NCBI RefSeq assembly: GCF_001194135.2
Contig: NC_068995.1
Coordinates: 28,589,486 to 28,653,128 of the forward strand
Source of the DNA: Octopus bimaculoides
Lineage: Eukaryota
DNA: 63,643 nt
Direction of reading: 5' to 3'
The position numbers and the translations under genes were made by a program. Of this stretch, positions 10,220 through 22,420 are shown in pieces. Below the pieces are notes generated by a model. It saw nothing but the letters and a program-made list of their open reading frames with translations. It was not told the origin of the DNA and made no database searches. The stretch's first letter is position 1. Each line of letters starts with the position of its first letter.

Positions 10220-13200
10220 TAGGCCTTGTGCCTGTAATAAAGAATTCAGCAGACAGACCAGAAAGTGCAACAGATGGGAAGGAGGAGAGAACAACGAAAG
10301 AAAAGAACCAAACTACCGAGGAGATGGAGTTTATAACGGTGACTCATGAGCGTAAGGAGGCACAAGTTCCTGATTCCCCTTCCCAAACAAAAAAACCATA
10401 AAACACACAGTCACACAAAACCAAACTCCCCAGCCTAAGCCGACAACAAGGCCATTTGCCAAACCCTTCCCCATACTACAAGTAAAAACTATAGAGTTCC
10501 GGGAAAAGAACGAGCTGTTATCGAGAGTCATTAGAGCACGCCACGACACACGAGTAACGAAAGAAACACGGACAGACGTTAGGTATGCAAAAATAAACGA
10601 GAAACTGTTTACGGATATGAAGGCGAGGTATCCGGAAGACATAAGAGACATAACCTCAGAAGTGGCGGAGGATAAACGTATTATAAGCCCGACTACCACA
10701 CCCAGGAAAAGCCCAGCGGCGACACCTAATAAAGAAAAGGACGGGGAGATACGCGAATTTGTACACCCACTCCCCAAACTGAAAATGTGAGTAATCTCTT
10801 TCCTTTTATTTTTCAAAAATGATTAAGTTAGGGTGCATAAATGTGCGTGGACTGGGTCGAAATGGAACCAGGTTTGTTTTCTGGACGACTTCAGGACACG
10901 TGATATAGATGTAGCAGTCAGAACTGAGTCCAAGATGAGTGAATCACAAGCGTTCTCTCCTCTTCTGAATGACTACGAGAAATTATTTCTCCTAGCCGAC
11001 AAGAAGTGGAGGACGTGGTTGTCTTATTCAGGAAAAACTTGGACTTTCAGGTAAGTACTGTCTTTCTGGACCCAGAAGGTAGGCTGGTCATCCTGGATGT
11101 AACTCACGAAAGTAAACAGTCCTTCAGGTTGGTGGCTGTGTACGCTCCTAACGAGCGTGGGCAGTCGGGTAGTTTTCGAGGCCTGGNNNNNNNNNNNNNN
11201 NNNNNNNNNNNNNNNNNNNNNNNNNNNNNNNNNNNNNNNNNNNNNNNNNNNNNNNNNNNNNNNNNNNNNNNNNNTCTGGTGACGTCCAAAACGGTAGTTC
11301 TGTTAGGAGACTTTAACGCTATATTTGATGCACGGGTGGAAAGGAAATCCTAGCCTCAAGGGTCTACTAGAGAGCTATAATCTAGTAGACCGTTACAGAC
11401 TGGATGAGCCGTTCGTTCCACAGTGGACGTGGAGTAATAACGACGGCCCTCGCAGATCTTACATAGATAGGGTATTCGTTAGAGATAGAGAGAATGATAC
11501 TGTTAGTTGTCCACAAATTGATATAGTACCTTACATGGATCACAAATTTGTGACGTGTGAGGTACACTTAGTTAAATGTCATAGACAGGGACCCGGGTAC
11601 TGGAAGATGAACAAGCCTATTTTGACTTGTAAAGCCTTCCGTACCCGGATTAAGGAGTTAGTACAGAGGGCACTATATGACGCCATCATTAATAATAGAT
11701 GGTGGCACGCCCTCAAGAGAGCCAATCGTTTAGAGTCTATTAGATTTAGCAATCAGCTAAGTTTAGATAGATTTAGAATAGAGGGTGACTTAGTTAAGAA
11801 CTTAGACGAGGCATTAGAATCTAGAGTGCTGGCGGCGAAAACGGTCTTGTACCATCACCTCAACGCCAAGCACGAAGGCTGCAGAGTTAGAGCTAAGCTA
11901 CGTGCAGTGGAACGAGAGGCTATTAACGTTGCCGGAGGGGCATGTCGTGTGGAGAGTCAGAGGGATAAAAAAGCCTCTATAAAGTCTTTAACAGACGAAC
12001 GGGGGCGCAAGATCTATGGACAGGATGAGATGCAAAAGGCCTTTCATCAGCATTTTGCACAGTTGTTCGTGCAGGGTGGCGCGCTAGAGCGTGGGGAGTT
12101 CCTAAAGGGCTTCCTCGCCGGCGGGCTGCGACTCTCGGCACGGGAGGCGAGGTGCTGTGAAGGGCCGAGTGCGCCGGAAGAAAGTTGCCGGGGATGGATG
12201 GTCTACCCTATGAGTTTTATCGTAGTATGCCGGACATCTACACAAACTGGCAACAGNNNNNNNNNNNNNNNNNNNNNNNNNNNNNNNNNNNNNNNNNNNN
12301 NNNNNNNNNNNNNNNNNNNNNNNNNNNNNNNNNNNNNNNNNNNNNNNNNNNNNNNNNNNNNNNNNNNNNNNNNNNNNNNNNNNNNNNNNNNNNNNNNNNN
12401 NNNNNNNNNNNNNNNNNNNNNNNNNNNNNNNNNNNNNNNNNNNNNNNNNNNNNNNNNNNNNNNNNNNNNNNNNNNNNNNNNNNNNNTTATAAGTAATTAC
12501 AGGCCCATAACTCTACTCAATCTAAAGTTAAAGATTTTGGCCAAGGTGTTAGCTAAAAGGTTGACGCGTGTCGTGGAGAAACTTGTAGGGAAGGCGCAGA
12601 CATGCGCCATCCCAGACAGGTCGATCCAAGACAATCTTCACTTTATCCGCTACATCTTAGACAGGTTGGGTAAATTAACCGGCAAAGGTGGGGCACTGGT
12701 CCATTTAGACCAAAGTAAAGCGTTTGATAGGGTAGACCATAAGTACCTGGCGGCGGTCCTCGAAGCGGCCGGGCTGGGCCCTGACTTCCGTGGTTGGATC
12801 TCCGCCTTGTATAGCGGCATCAAATCCACAGTCCAGATAAACGGCTACCTGTTAGAGCCGTTTCGATCAAGCGTTCAGTTCGTCAAGGGTGTCCTCTGTC
12901 TACGCTTCTGCACGTGTTGGCTCTTGAGCCATTACTGCGGAAGTTGGAGAATTTGGGTGGGGACCCCAATGAAATATGTTGCGGTAAGTCGGTCTCTGCC
13001 TACGCGGATGACGTCACCATCATCGTGTCCAATGATGCTCAGTTACCTTGTGTAGAAGAGGCTATCAGAGGATAGAGGCGGTGGCAGGGGAAAAAGTTAA
13101 CGAGGACAAATTCATCAGCTTGCGCCTCGGCACCTGGAGGAGCAAGCCGATATCGTCCAGTGTCGTGGGTCACTGGACAGATGGTCCTGTTAAGTTGCTT

Positions 13201-14196
13201 GGAGTTTGGTTTGGACCGGACTCCCAGACGGAAAAGAATTGGAGCGAGGTGGCAGACAGGGTGGAGGCCCTAGTCCGGACCTGGTCCGGAACGCCTCTGT
13301 CCCTGAGAGGAAGGGCGGTGGTGGTACAGGTGTTTATTGCATCAGTAATCACCTACCACTTGACCATTGTCCCTTGNNNNNNNNNNNNNNNNNNNNNNNN
13401 NNNNNNNNNNNNNNNNNNNNNNNNNNNNNNNNNNNNNNNNNNNNNNNNNNNNNNNNNNNNNNNNNNNNNNNNNNNNNNNNNNNNNNNNNNNNNNNNNNNN
13501 NNNNNNNNNNNNNNNNNNNNNNNNNNNNNNNNNNNNNNNNNNNNNNNNNNNNNNNNNNNNNNNNNNNNNNNNNNNNNNNNNNNNNNNNNNNNNNNNNNNN
13601 NNNNNNNNNNNNNNNNNNNNNNNNNNNNNNNNNNNNNNNNNNNNNNNNNNNNNNNNNNNNNNNNNNNNNNNNNNNNNNNNNNNNNNNNNNNNNNNNNNNN
13701 NNNNNNNNNNNNNNNNNNNNNNNNNNNNNNNNNNNNNNNNNNNNNNNNNNNNNNNNNNNNNNNNNNNNNNNNNNNNNNNNNNNNNNNNNNNNNNNNNNNN
13801 NNNNNNNNNNNNNNNNNNNNNNNNNNNNNNNNNNNNNNNNNNNNNNNNNNNNNNNNNNNNNNNNNNNNNNNNNNNNNNNNNNNNNNNNNNNNNNNNNNNN
13901 NNNNNNNNNNNNNNNNNNNNNNNNNNNNNNNNNNNNNNNNNNNNNNNNNNNNNNNNNNNNNNNNNNNNNNNNNNNNNNNNNAATCGGCTTTGGAAATAAG
14001 GAGGAAATAAAAGGAAGGAGATAGCCGCTGGGCCTTTGAGACAACAGGGCATATCCCTTACTCATATAGAAAAAAACTATTTCATCATCAATATTTTTAA
14101 ATAATAGGTATCATTCGAACACATCACAACATTTTTTGTATGCATTGTCCTGTGCTGTCCCATCTATGTATTGATCTTTATGGTCGTAATAAAAAA
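10220..14196 (+). mobile_element. Tx1-like LINE with ORF1 3' part, ORF2 (EN+RT) and 3'UTR ending at a polyA signal; the only plus-strand LINE in the cluster
   Basis: ORF2 start MIKLGCINVRGLG at 10819; LVAVYAPN, LLGDFNA, YIDRVFV, DHKFV, NYRPITLLN, LDQSKAFDRVDH, YADD at 13001-13012; AATAAA at 14188-14193; three N-gaps inside. Confidence 0.92.
10819..14010 (+). pseudogene. Tx1-like ORF2 (apurinic-type endonuclease + reverse transcriptase), multiple frameshifts
   Basis: Motifs split across the 11006, 11325, 12185 and 13048 ORF frames. Confidence 0.9.
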
Positions 14197-14199
14197 TTC

Positions 14200-14404
14200 A
14201 TGCTACTCCAGACTGATGATGAGCAATGACTCTAAAACTAGTCTCTTGATGCTGGCTTTGCTGGGTAGAGGTGCTTATCTCCCCCTTTGAAAACACAAGG
14301 ACAGAAATGTGTCATGGCCAGCTGGAAACGGTGTTTCCTGGGGCTAAATAGCATTAGCATTCTTCCCTTTCATAAGACTGTCATATTAAGTTGACAACAT
14401 GCCA
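14200..14404 (+). mobile_element. Hammerhead-bearing short element (Penelope pLTR/3'UTR-like), collinear copy
   Basis: Two-part homology to 8271-8477; begins immediately after the Tx1 3' end. Confidence 0.75.
14207..14249 (+). ncRNA. Minimal type I hammerhead ribozyme-like motif with a core G>A substitution
   Basis: tccaga-CTGATGA-tgagcaatgactct-aAAA-cta-GTC-tcttga; palindromic ACTAGT helix III. Confidence 0.6.
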
Positions 14405-14595
14405 ACACTTGATTTGGCACTAGTCTTTATTCAGTACGACGATCATTTTTACTCATCCTGCAACTGCCCATCATGGATAGGATTTTGTGCATCTAATAGT
14501 GTTGCAACAAACTCTGCAGTTTGTCTCATCAGGTACATGCATAAAGAAGGTGAATGTCCCGATATATATACTGAGATGTCCTAGGCATGTTGTTC

Positions 14596-14596
<1 letters not shown>

Positions 14597-14665
<69 letters not shown>

Positions 14666-14727
14666 ATATATGTGTATATATATATAATATAAATAAAATA
14701 TTTATATATATACATATATGTTTATAT
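14597..14727. repeat. (TA)n/(TG)n compound microsatellite ending at a gap
   Basis: Directly visible. Confidence 0.95.
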
Positions 14728-14739
14728 NNNNNNNNNNTT

Positions 14740-15785
14740 CAATCCACTCTTCGTTCTTTCGTTCTCCCTCTCTCACATTTCCTGGCTTTCTCTTCATGCT
14801 CACCTTCCCTCCTCTTTCACTTCACTCTGTTCCTTTCATTTTTTCTCGCCCATCCTTAATTCTTCTATCCCTCTGCCTCTACCTCTACCTCTCTCTCTTC
14901 TCTCCCCATGTGACTGGTGTTCGGTCAAGCCTGAATTTCTTTCTTTCTTGGTTCGACTACCATCCGTGCAACATCTATATTCCTCCCTGTACCTGTCAAA
15001 TCTTATGTCCCTACCGTAAGGCTTTACTTCCTCACACGCCAGCTTAATTTAATTCGTCCTTAGTCGAAAGACACCCGTTGTTAATGTCCTGTTATTTGTA
15101 TTTGTGTATCATTTCTCCGTTTTGTTCTTTCCGCCCTTGTTTTCGTATACATTTGCTGCTTTCTTCCAAGGAATCTAATGCTCTTAGCTTAGTTTTTCCT
15201 TGAGGCTGGCCAAATTGGTGTAATGTCGAACAACGAGAGAAACAAATGGAAAACAAGACAAGTAACAAAGAACGACCCATCATCAGTTGTCGGTCATCCT
15301 CATCTACTCCTCATTTCGAGCAATTAACGACAATACGAGGCTTCAAAAGCAGTTGCTCCCGCGAACCAAAATAAAATTTGGGATTTGCGGAAGGTCAAAG
15401 CTGGTAACAAAAACAGGACAGTGAAGACATACAACAAACCAAACGAAAACAAAGAGGGAGGGGCGTTAGGCCAGACGAAGTAAGGTAGCGAATGCTGGAG
15501 GAATATTGTCTTTGACAAGAGAAAAGATAGAAGAGGAGGAAGATAAGAATGCGTCTGGTCTGTAAGACAGAGTGAATGAAAAGAAAGATGATCACGTGAG
15601 GAAAAGAAAGATGGACGATGGTCATGTGTGAGCAACGAGAGAGTAAAGGAGAAAGAGGGAGTGAGAGAGAGAGATAGAAAACGGTGAAAGGGAGAAAAAG
15701 AGTTTGAGAAAGGATGAGAGAGAAAAAACGAAAGGGGGAGAAGGGGAGAAAAAAGAATGAGAGAAAGGAAGAGAGAGAAAACGAA

Positions 15786-15821
<36 letters not shown>

Positions 15822-15830
15822 AATACAGGG
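14740..15830. repeat. CT-rich then GA-rich low-complexity blocks converging near 15215; possibly two retroelement 3'UTR remnants in opposite orientation
   Basis: Purine/pyrimidine strand asymmetry flips across the block; (GA)n at 15790-15820; no coding motif recognised. Confidence 0.3.
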
Positions 15831-16000
15831 TAGAGTCGCATCAAAATTATTAATATAAACGTACTTGGAAATGGATGCGTGACGATGTCACCTTTATCCT
15901 TTCTTCCTTTCTAGTCAGCACCGTGCATTCCTTACTCTTTCCTTCCCTTCTACACTATTAACTAGCAACCAGCGAGCGAACTTGTCACTGTCACTACAAT

Positions 16001-16027
16001 TACCGTATTTTCTGGTGTATAAGCCGC
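16001..16027 (+). mobile_element. Solo Tc1/mariner (Tc2/pogo-like) terminal inverted repeat remnant
   Basis: ta-CCGTATTTTCTGGTGTATAAGCCGC resembles Tc2-type termini; no partner TIR found. Confidence 0.4.
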
Positions 16028-16299
16028 TATTTGTTTTGTTTTACCATCATGTTTTGATAATGTTATTTTTTATCTAATAAAGACTTTTATATTGACGAAA
16101 TGTGTTTGTTGTTGATTATAGTAAGATAAAATTATAACAATAACAATACATCTCATAGTTGTGAAATAAGGCATTTTGATACTACATATATGTCAACAAC
16201 AAAAAGCTAGCTACAGACTCGTTGCTCTGTGGTGTTGATTCTTCAAACAGAGTAGTGACATTTAGTAGAGATGACCCGGAAGTTGTTCCTCTTCGATTA

Positions 16300-16395
16300 A
16301 TATCGCAAACGGCAGTAGCTTTCTCCAACCGAATACGCATCGTTGATTGGTTGAAATTACCCAAATACGACAACTTTAACACGAAATAACTTCTA
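16300..16395 (-). repeat. Fragment of an unclassified interspersed repeat, inverted relative to 47190-47290
   Basis: tgattggttgaaattac..aaatacgacaactttaaca.gaaataa shared between the two loci. Confidence 0.7.
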
Positions 16396-17202
16396 AAATA
16401 CGAAATTTTGTCAAAAACGTTAAGATAAACCGAGTTCTACGTGAGAAATTCTACCAGGATTCAATGTTTCAAACTGTTTAGTTTTAAAAAAATTGATTAA
16501 AAATCTGTGATTGAGATGGAATAGATCAAAATCTTTTATACGCGGAGTAACAGATAAATCAGCAAATTTGACCAAATTTCACGAAACATTTTAGCAAAAC
16601 TGCTTGAGTAATATACCGAGTTTGGTAAAAAATATTCAATATAATCAGTAATTTTCGGACTAAGTGTTAGAATTAAGTAAGGTTCTACGTTAGGTAAATA
16701 AAGTTGCTAGCAGGCGATTGAATCTCTCTCTTTCCCTCCTTCCCCCTCTCTCACACACGCACGCAGGTGTTTTTAGAATATCTAAGAACAAGAAAAAATC
16801 AGCTGGACATTGGATCACTAGAGAATAGAGTTAAATATTTATTTTTAAAAGATGACAGGGATTTAGAAGTTGTTCCAGCTAGCTTGACGAAACTTCGAAG
16901 TCACAATCATTATTTTAAAATAAATATATTTTTAACATACGTATACACATATACACGCACATACGTGTTTATTTTACTCTCGACTGTAATATGTAACAAA
17001 TACACATATATATATGTATGTGTGTATATATGTTTGACTGTAAGTGTGTTGAAAAACGAGTTATTCAAGAAAGATCAAGAAAATGTAGAAAAGATAAAGA
17101 AGAAATAAAGTAGTAGAACAAGTTTTAAATAGTAGTTTTAGTTACATAATATCATTGAGTGTAGAACAAAAACACGTTGGTGTGTGTGTGCATGCGCGCG
17201 CG

Positions 17203-17255
<53 letters not shown>

Positions 17256-17478
17256 NNNNNNNNNNNNNNNNNNNNNNNNNNNNNNNNNNNNNNNNNNNNN
17301 NNNNNNNNNNNNNNNNNNNNNNNNNNNNNNNNNNNNNNNNNNNNNNNNNNNNNNNNNNNNNNNNNNNNNNNNNNNNNNNNNNNNNNNNNNNNNNNNNNNN
17401 NNNNNNNNNNNNNNNNNNNNNNNNNNNNNNNNNNNNNNNNNNNNNNNNNNNNNNNNNNNNNNNNNNNNNNNNNNNNNN

Positions 17479-17537
<59 letters not shown>

Positions 17538-18714
17538 ACACACACGCACATATATATACTAATGCATGTATTCATAGATACACATGCACACATTCTCACG
17601 CATCCACACATGCATACATACACTCATAGACACACTCACACACATACACATGCCATGAACTCGTTGTACCAATGAAAAACACCTTGGAGATATTTGAATT
17701 TCAAATTCTTTGTTTTCATCCTTGTGTAGGAAACAAAACAAGTAGCGGTTAAACATATGATAAAACGTGAGGTAGCAGCAGCTGTACCGGAAACAACAAC
17801 ATCCATAACGATGACGACGACGACAATAGCAACAGCAACAAAAACGAACCGACGGGGGTGCCACTACGTTGTCATATCATCCTCAAATTACACCCCACCG
17901 TCTTAAAATGGAGAAGGCACATTAAATAATGTAGTTCTATATAATCCAAATAATACGGAATGGTTACAACTGGAGCATTTCTGACGATAAATCTGCGCAA
18001 TCAATTCTAAGAAACACGATCCAATGACGGAAAACCACAACGTAGTCGATCAAACTGCAAGAACTACCTGGTAACACTTCCTTAAATCATACCCTACCAT
18101 TTTAAAACAGGAGAGACATGTTGAATGATGCCCTAGACGTACTATGTCTGAACAAAGATGGATTGCCACGGCCAAAACGCCCTTGATCATGAATCTGCTT
18201 GTCCAGGACTGAATTGAAGCTAAACACAAATAAATCAGAAACAAATAAATCAGAAAGGAAAATCAAAATTATCTTGAGTAGAGAAAAACAAATATATTTG
18301 AGATTATGGAGAGCGAGGTCGAGTGGTTGAGATTATAGAAAGAGTGAAGCGAGTGCAGCTTATGCTTTTCTTAATAATATTTAAAGTCGAAGATAAATTT
18401 TGACATCATTTTCCTTAGATTTAGAATCTTACCTTACTGTGTTAAATCATTCAGTTTCACCTTCACGCTACATTCTCAATATAAATCACACTAAACTCAG
18501 ATCGATCAGACAACTTTCCGACGAAACCAGTAAAAAAAAAGTATTGATGTTGATGCAATCAACTATGTCACTGCTGGTAAATCTATGACAACCGAATCAG
18601 CACAAACACACCGCAGGTTTTTAGGTAACATGCGATTGACTTAAAATAAAACAACATTCTTCTTGCAATATCGTACTATACAAACTCATCTACAAGCTTT
18701 ATAAGCACAACCTA

Positions 18715-19245
18715 CAAATTAGAGAATCCTCTTGTTCTGCTGCCAGTTGCGGTCTAAGAAGTCTAGTATGGAAAAGTAAAGTTCGTAGGGCAGATCCCCC
18801 AAATCGAACGGTTTTCGTTACCTCGCGTTCTAGAGCACGCGCCTTAGTTCTGGCAATGCAGCTTTCTTCCTTAGCATTGAAGAATTAGTCGAAGGCCAAT
18901 TTAACCGCGAACATGTCAGTTGCGATGACTTTCCCAAGCGTCACTTGTAAGTGTCTAACTAGATTTACCTCCACTTTTAAAATTCTCTATCGCTACGATC
19001 TTACTTAAGCTATTCGATTCTACTGTAATCGCTCTTTTAAGGGCGAACCGCCATTTGTTATTGACGACTGCTCGCATTAACGTCTGCTGAACTAATCCAC
19101 TAATCCGGTTTCTGTAATCTTGGCACCCGAGAACGACGCGTTCAGCTTCCGGTAACCGAGTTCCTACCTATAATGCTTATTTAGGTCGATCTTACAGATC
19201 CAAAACTTATGGCCTGTGTAGCCGACGATTTTAAAATAGGGCATG
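18715..19245 (-). mobile_element. Tx1-like ORF2 fragment (EN end, linker, RT start) with internal deletion
   Basis: Nucleotide similarity to 1-700 (ttctgctgccagtt, gttcgtagggcag, tcttcc..agcattgaagaatt). Confidence 0.8.
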
Positions 19246-19269
19246 TCTAAGTGAGTCGAAGTGTCGAGC

Positions 19270-19900
19270 GGCATTTCTCGGAGGTCATTCACTTTTTATT
19301 TTGCTGTGTTATTTGTAAGCTTCCAGCTGCTGGTGTTGGTGGTTTGATTTAGTCGTTGCTAGTTCCACTGTTTGTATTGTGTCTGCTGTTTTTGTTTCCA
19401 CTGATGCTGCTACAGCTTTTTTGGTGTTACCGTTGCTATCATTATATGCTGCCATTGGTATTGCTAATGTTGCTGTCATGGTGATAGTGTCGATAGAAGT
19501 GAGGGCCCTTCTCCCTTCTCCTTTTCTGTAGATAGAAAAACGAGATGGTTTGTGTCACCACGGAAGTAACATATCAACCTTGTGCCCTCAACTGACACGT
19601 ATAGTTTTGTGCTATTTGGCAGACTGGTTAGGTCTGGGATGGATTCCACGGTTTGCTGATCCATTTGCATTAATAACTACATTCTGCAGTTCGACCAGGT
19701 ATGTTTCTGCAAAATATTAGTTTTGACCTCAATGTCGATGAAGAAAACCGCCACTAACCAGGCACGTTGATTTTCATTATTTGTACCGTTCTACTGTCAA
19801 GGTAGATTAGTATGAGGATCAGTTCATTACTCATTAGGGTTGTTGTGGAGTATTTCCTGGCCTCATCCTCTGTAAAGAATCTCATATCTACTGTGCGGTA
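19270..19900 (-). mobile_element. Tx1-like ORF1 fragment with degenerate zinc knuckle
   Basis: ORF 19476-19670: SIPDLTSLPNSTKLYVSVEGTRLICYFRGDTNHL, followed by an ACA/GCA-rich linker. Confidence 0.65.
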
Positions 19901-20279
19901 CATTTAGTCTGAGTCATTTGCTTTTGTGTCGCCTGGTCTATTTCATTACTTTTTGTTGAGTAGATTTTGTATACCACAGTTTTGAGATTGGTTTCTTACC
20001 ATATGAATTCTGGTATGTTGAGCTTAACAATTTATTCAGATCATGTAATTCTTTGCATTTTAAAATTCTTTCGCCAATAAAATAATTTCCTCTTCTATTT
20101 GGCGAACAACGCCTGCAAACTCATCAACGCTACACTTGCGTGCGAGGTGTTGTGTGTACATTTTTTTGAGTTGATGTTAATGGTGATGGTGATGGTAGCG
20201 GCAGAGGTGAAATGTGCAGGTGTGCTGAAGTGACATTTAAAGTTTTTGCTTTTCTATCTACGTTCTCATCTTTGCTGTG

Positions 20280-20366
20280 AGTTTGGTTGTATTCATCTTT
20301 GTTGTTGTTGTTGTTGTTGTTGTTGCTATTGTTGTTGTTACTGTTGGTGTTGTTGCTGTTGTTGTT

Positions 20367-20415
<49 letters not shown>

Positions 20416-20450
20416 TCGCTGCTGTTATGATCAGTTAGCAATGGTGGTAG
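20280..20450. repeat. (TGT)n/(TGC)n trinucleotide microsatellite
   Basis: Directly visible. Confidence 0.95.
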
Positions 20451-20574
20451 TAATCTGATTCCTTAGACATTTTGACGAAAAATTCGACACCATATTTTCT
20501 TATTTAAAAAATCGGTAATTGCTACAAAACTACAGAAAATCCCATTTGAAGAATGATGACTATACTTGCTCACC

Positions 20575-22420
20575 GTGAAGGAATTTTTTCTTTTTTTCCA
20601 CGTTCTACCTCTGCCAACTGGGTCCATCGAACGGCTTTATTACATCGTGTCTTAGAACATGCACCCTAGCTCTAACAACACAACATTTGTGCTTGGTATT
20701 GAAGAATTTATCAAGAGCCAATATTACCGCCAGTACACCAGTCGCTATGCCTTTTCTAAGCGCCTCTTCAAGATTCCTTACTAGGTCTCCCTCTATCCTA
20801 AATTTCTCTAACGCTATTGCTTTATTAAGCTCAAAGTCTCTACTCTAATATACCGTCGGTTATATACCATCGGTATGCGTAGAGATGCGTAGATCTCAAA
20901 GTTGTCAAAAGTGGGGGCAGTGAGTGCATGTTCGAATTCCTGGACTCACTGGTGACTATCATGTCCAACCCGAGTGATCTGAGGTCATTGAACAAGTGAT
21001 CTTGCTTCTGGGACCTCCCTAGGCCACGAACATTTATACAACCTACTCTAATAATCGCCATGTTGGCCGGAAAGATTTGAAAAAAGGAAAAAAGTGGGGT
21101 TACTAATCCTCTCTGAGTTGTTGGCGGCCGGGTGGCCCGACCTCCAGTTCTGGTTGGGTTTCCTCTGGGAACGCCTTTAAAAGTCTGTTGGTGGCTTTTA
21201 CATTAGAGGTTCCCACGCCGTAGTGGAAAACCTCTCTAATGTTTTTATATATTGTTAACGGCATGCGCACTAGCAATAGCTTTTCTGGCACTGTAAGAGT
21301 ACTGGTGTTATATATTGCACCTTCTCTCTCAATCTCTTTATTTCGAGTTATGAGGACCATCAAATCTTTGTTGGCTCTTCTCACGTGCAAGAAATGTGGA
21401 GCCTGTGTGGTTGACTGTTCTTTTGTATGCTTTCCTTTTGGGGTGAGGTAGGGTTGCGATCGTGTTGGTTATACTGGTGGTAGCAGTGTTGGTTGTGTTC
21501 ATGGTTGTGAAGTGGATGTGGTTGGTGCTATTGTCGGCGTGACTGTGCCTACTGTGAGAGCGATTTCTGCGTCATCCGATGTGTGTGCCGGTGCGAGGCC
21601 GGTTCTTTTTTCCTCTTTTCTTTTATTCTAGGTTTATAGGGTTCTTCATTTTTACTTCGTGATGTGAAGAACCCAGAGTCTGTGGAGTCCGCCTCAGATA
21701 TAGGCAGGTGTGTGTTTGTGTTTATGTGGGTGTCTATGTGTGAGTGTATGTTTGACAGAAGAGGAAATGGAGACCTGGGTTGAGGAATGCCCTGGGTGGT
21801 CCTCTCTGCTGATATTTTGGTCGATGGTGGTGGTGACAGTGATAGTGTGGTGCTGTTGTTATTCTTGCTACTACTGTTGCTACCGCTGCTGGTGCTACAA
21901 GTCCTGTCACCGCTGGAAACTTCGATACTGCCACCGTCATTGTTGGCGTCATGAATTTTTCTTGTGGTGGTGTGAGTTTTCCTGCACTAGCCACTGTTGC
22001 AGTTGTTGCTGCATTTTCTTGCTTTATTGTGGATATTGTTGTAGTTCTGCCAGTAGCGGAGTCCTTGTTTCTTCCCTTTTCTTTTTGTTGTGTGGGCAGA
22101 AAACTCGTAGATGATCCATCATTCCGCAGACATGGCACCTCGGTTGTCTGCCCGCCACACTCAGTCTTAACTCTATTCCATTCTGCAGGGATATCAGGTC
22201 TGGGATCCTCTCCAGCTGGTCTGGCTTTACATGTAGAAGCACTTCCAGAGTGATCCCAGTTCAGTTCTTCTTGATCTCTTGACCTCCAGGAGAGTTTCAC
22301 TCTCGACCAGTACCACACAAGCGAGAATCCACCACAAATCTAGTTCTGGTGGTACCCCTTGTATGGTAATTTTCACCACTCTTCTCTAAAAATATGTAGG
22401 GGAAAGTATGAAGCCTTTAG
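20575..22420 (-). mobile_element. Tx1-like LINE: ORF1 (intact CCHC knuckle) plus a deleted ORF2 5' part
   Basis: RVVKITIQGVPPELD; IPDLISLQNGIELRLSVAGRQPRCHVCGMMDHLRVFCP; ORF2 start MAIIRVGCINVRGLG at 21061. Confidence 0.88.

Noticed and set aside
15855-15905. Minus-strand donor-like CAA|GTACGT
   Set aside because: No in-frame ATG and no partner exon that can be supported
16270-16352. Promoter-like CCGGAAGT (ETS) and GATTGG (CCAAT) motifs
   Set aside because: The CCAAT region is part of a repeat also present inverted at 47190-47290; no supported first exon nearby
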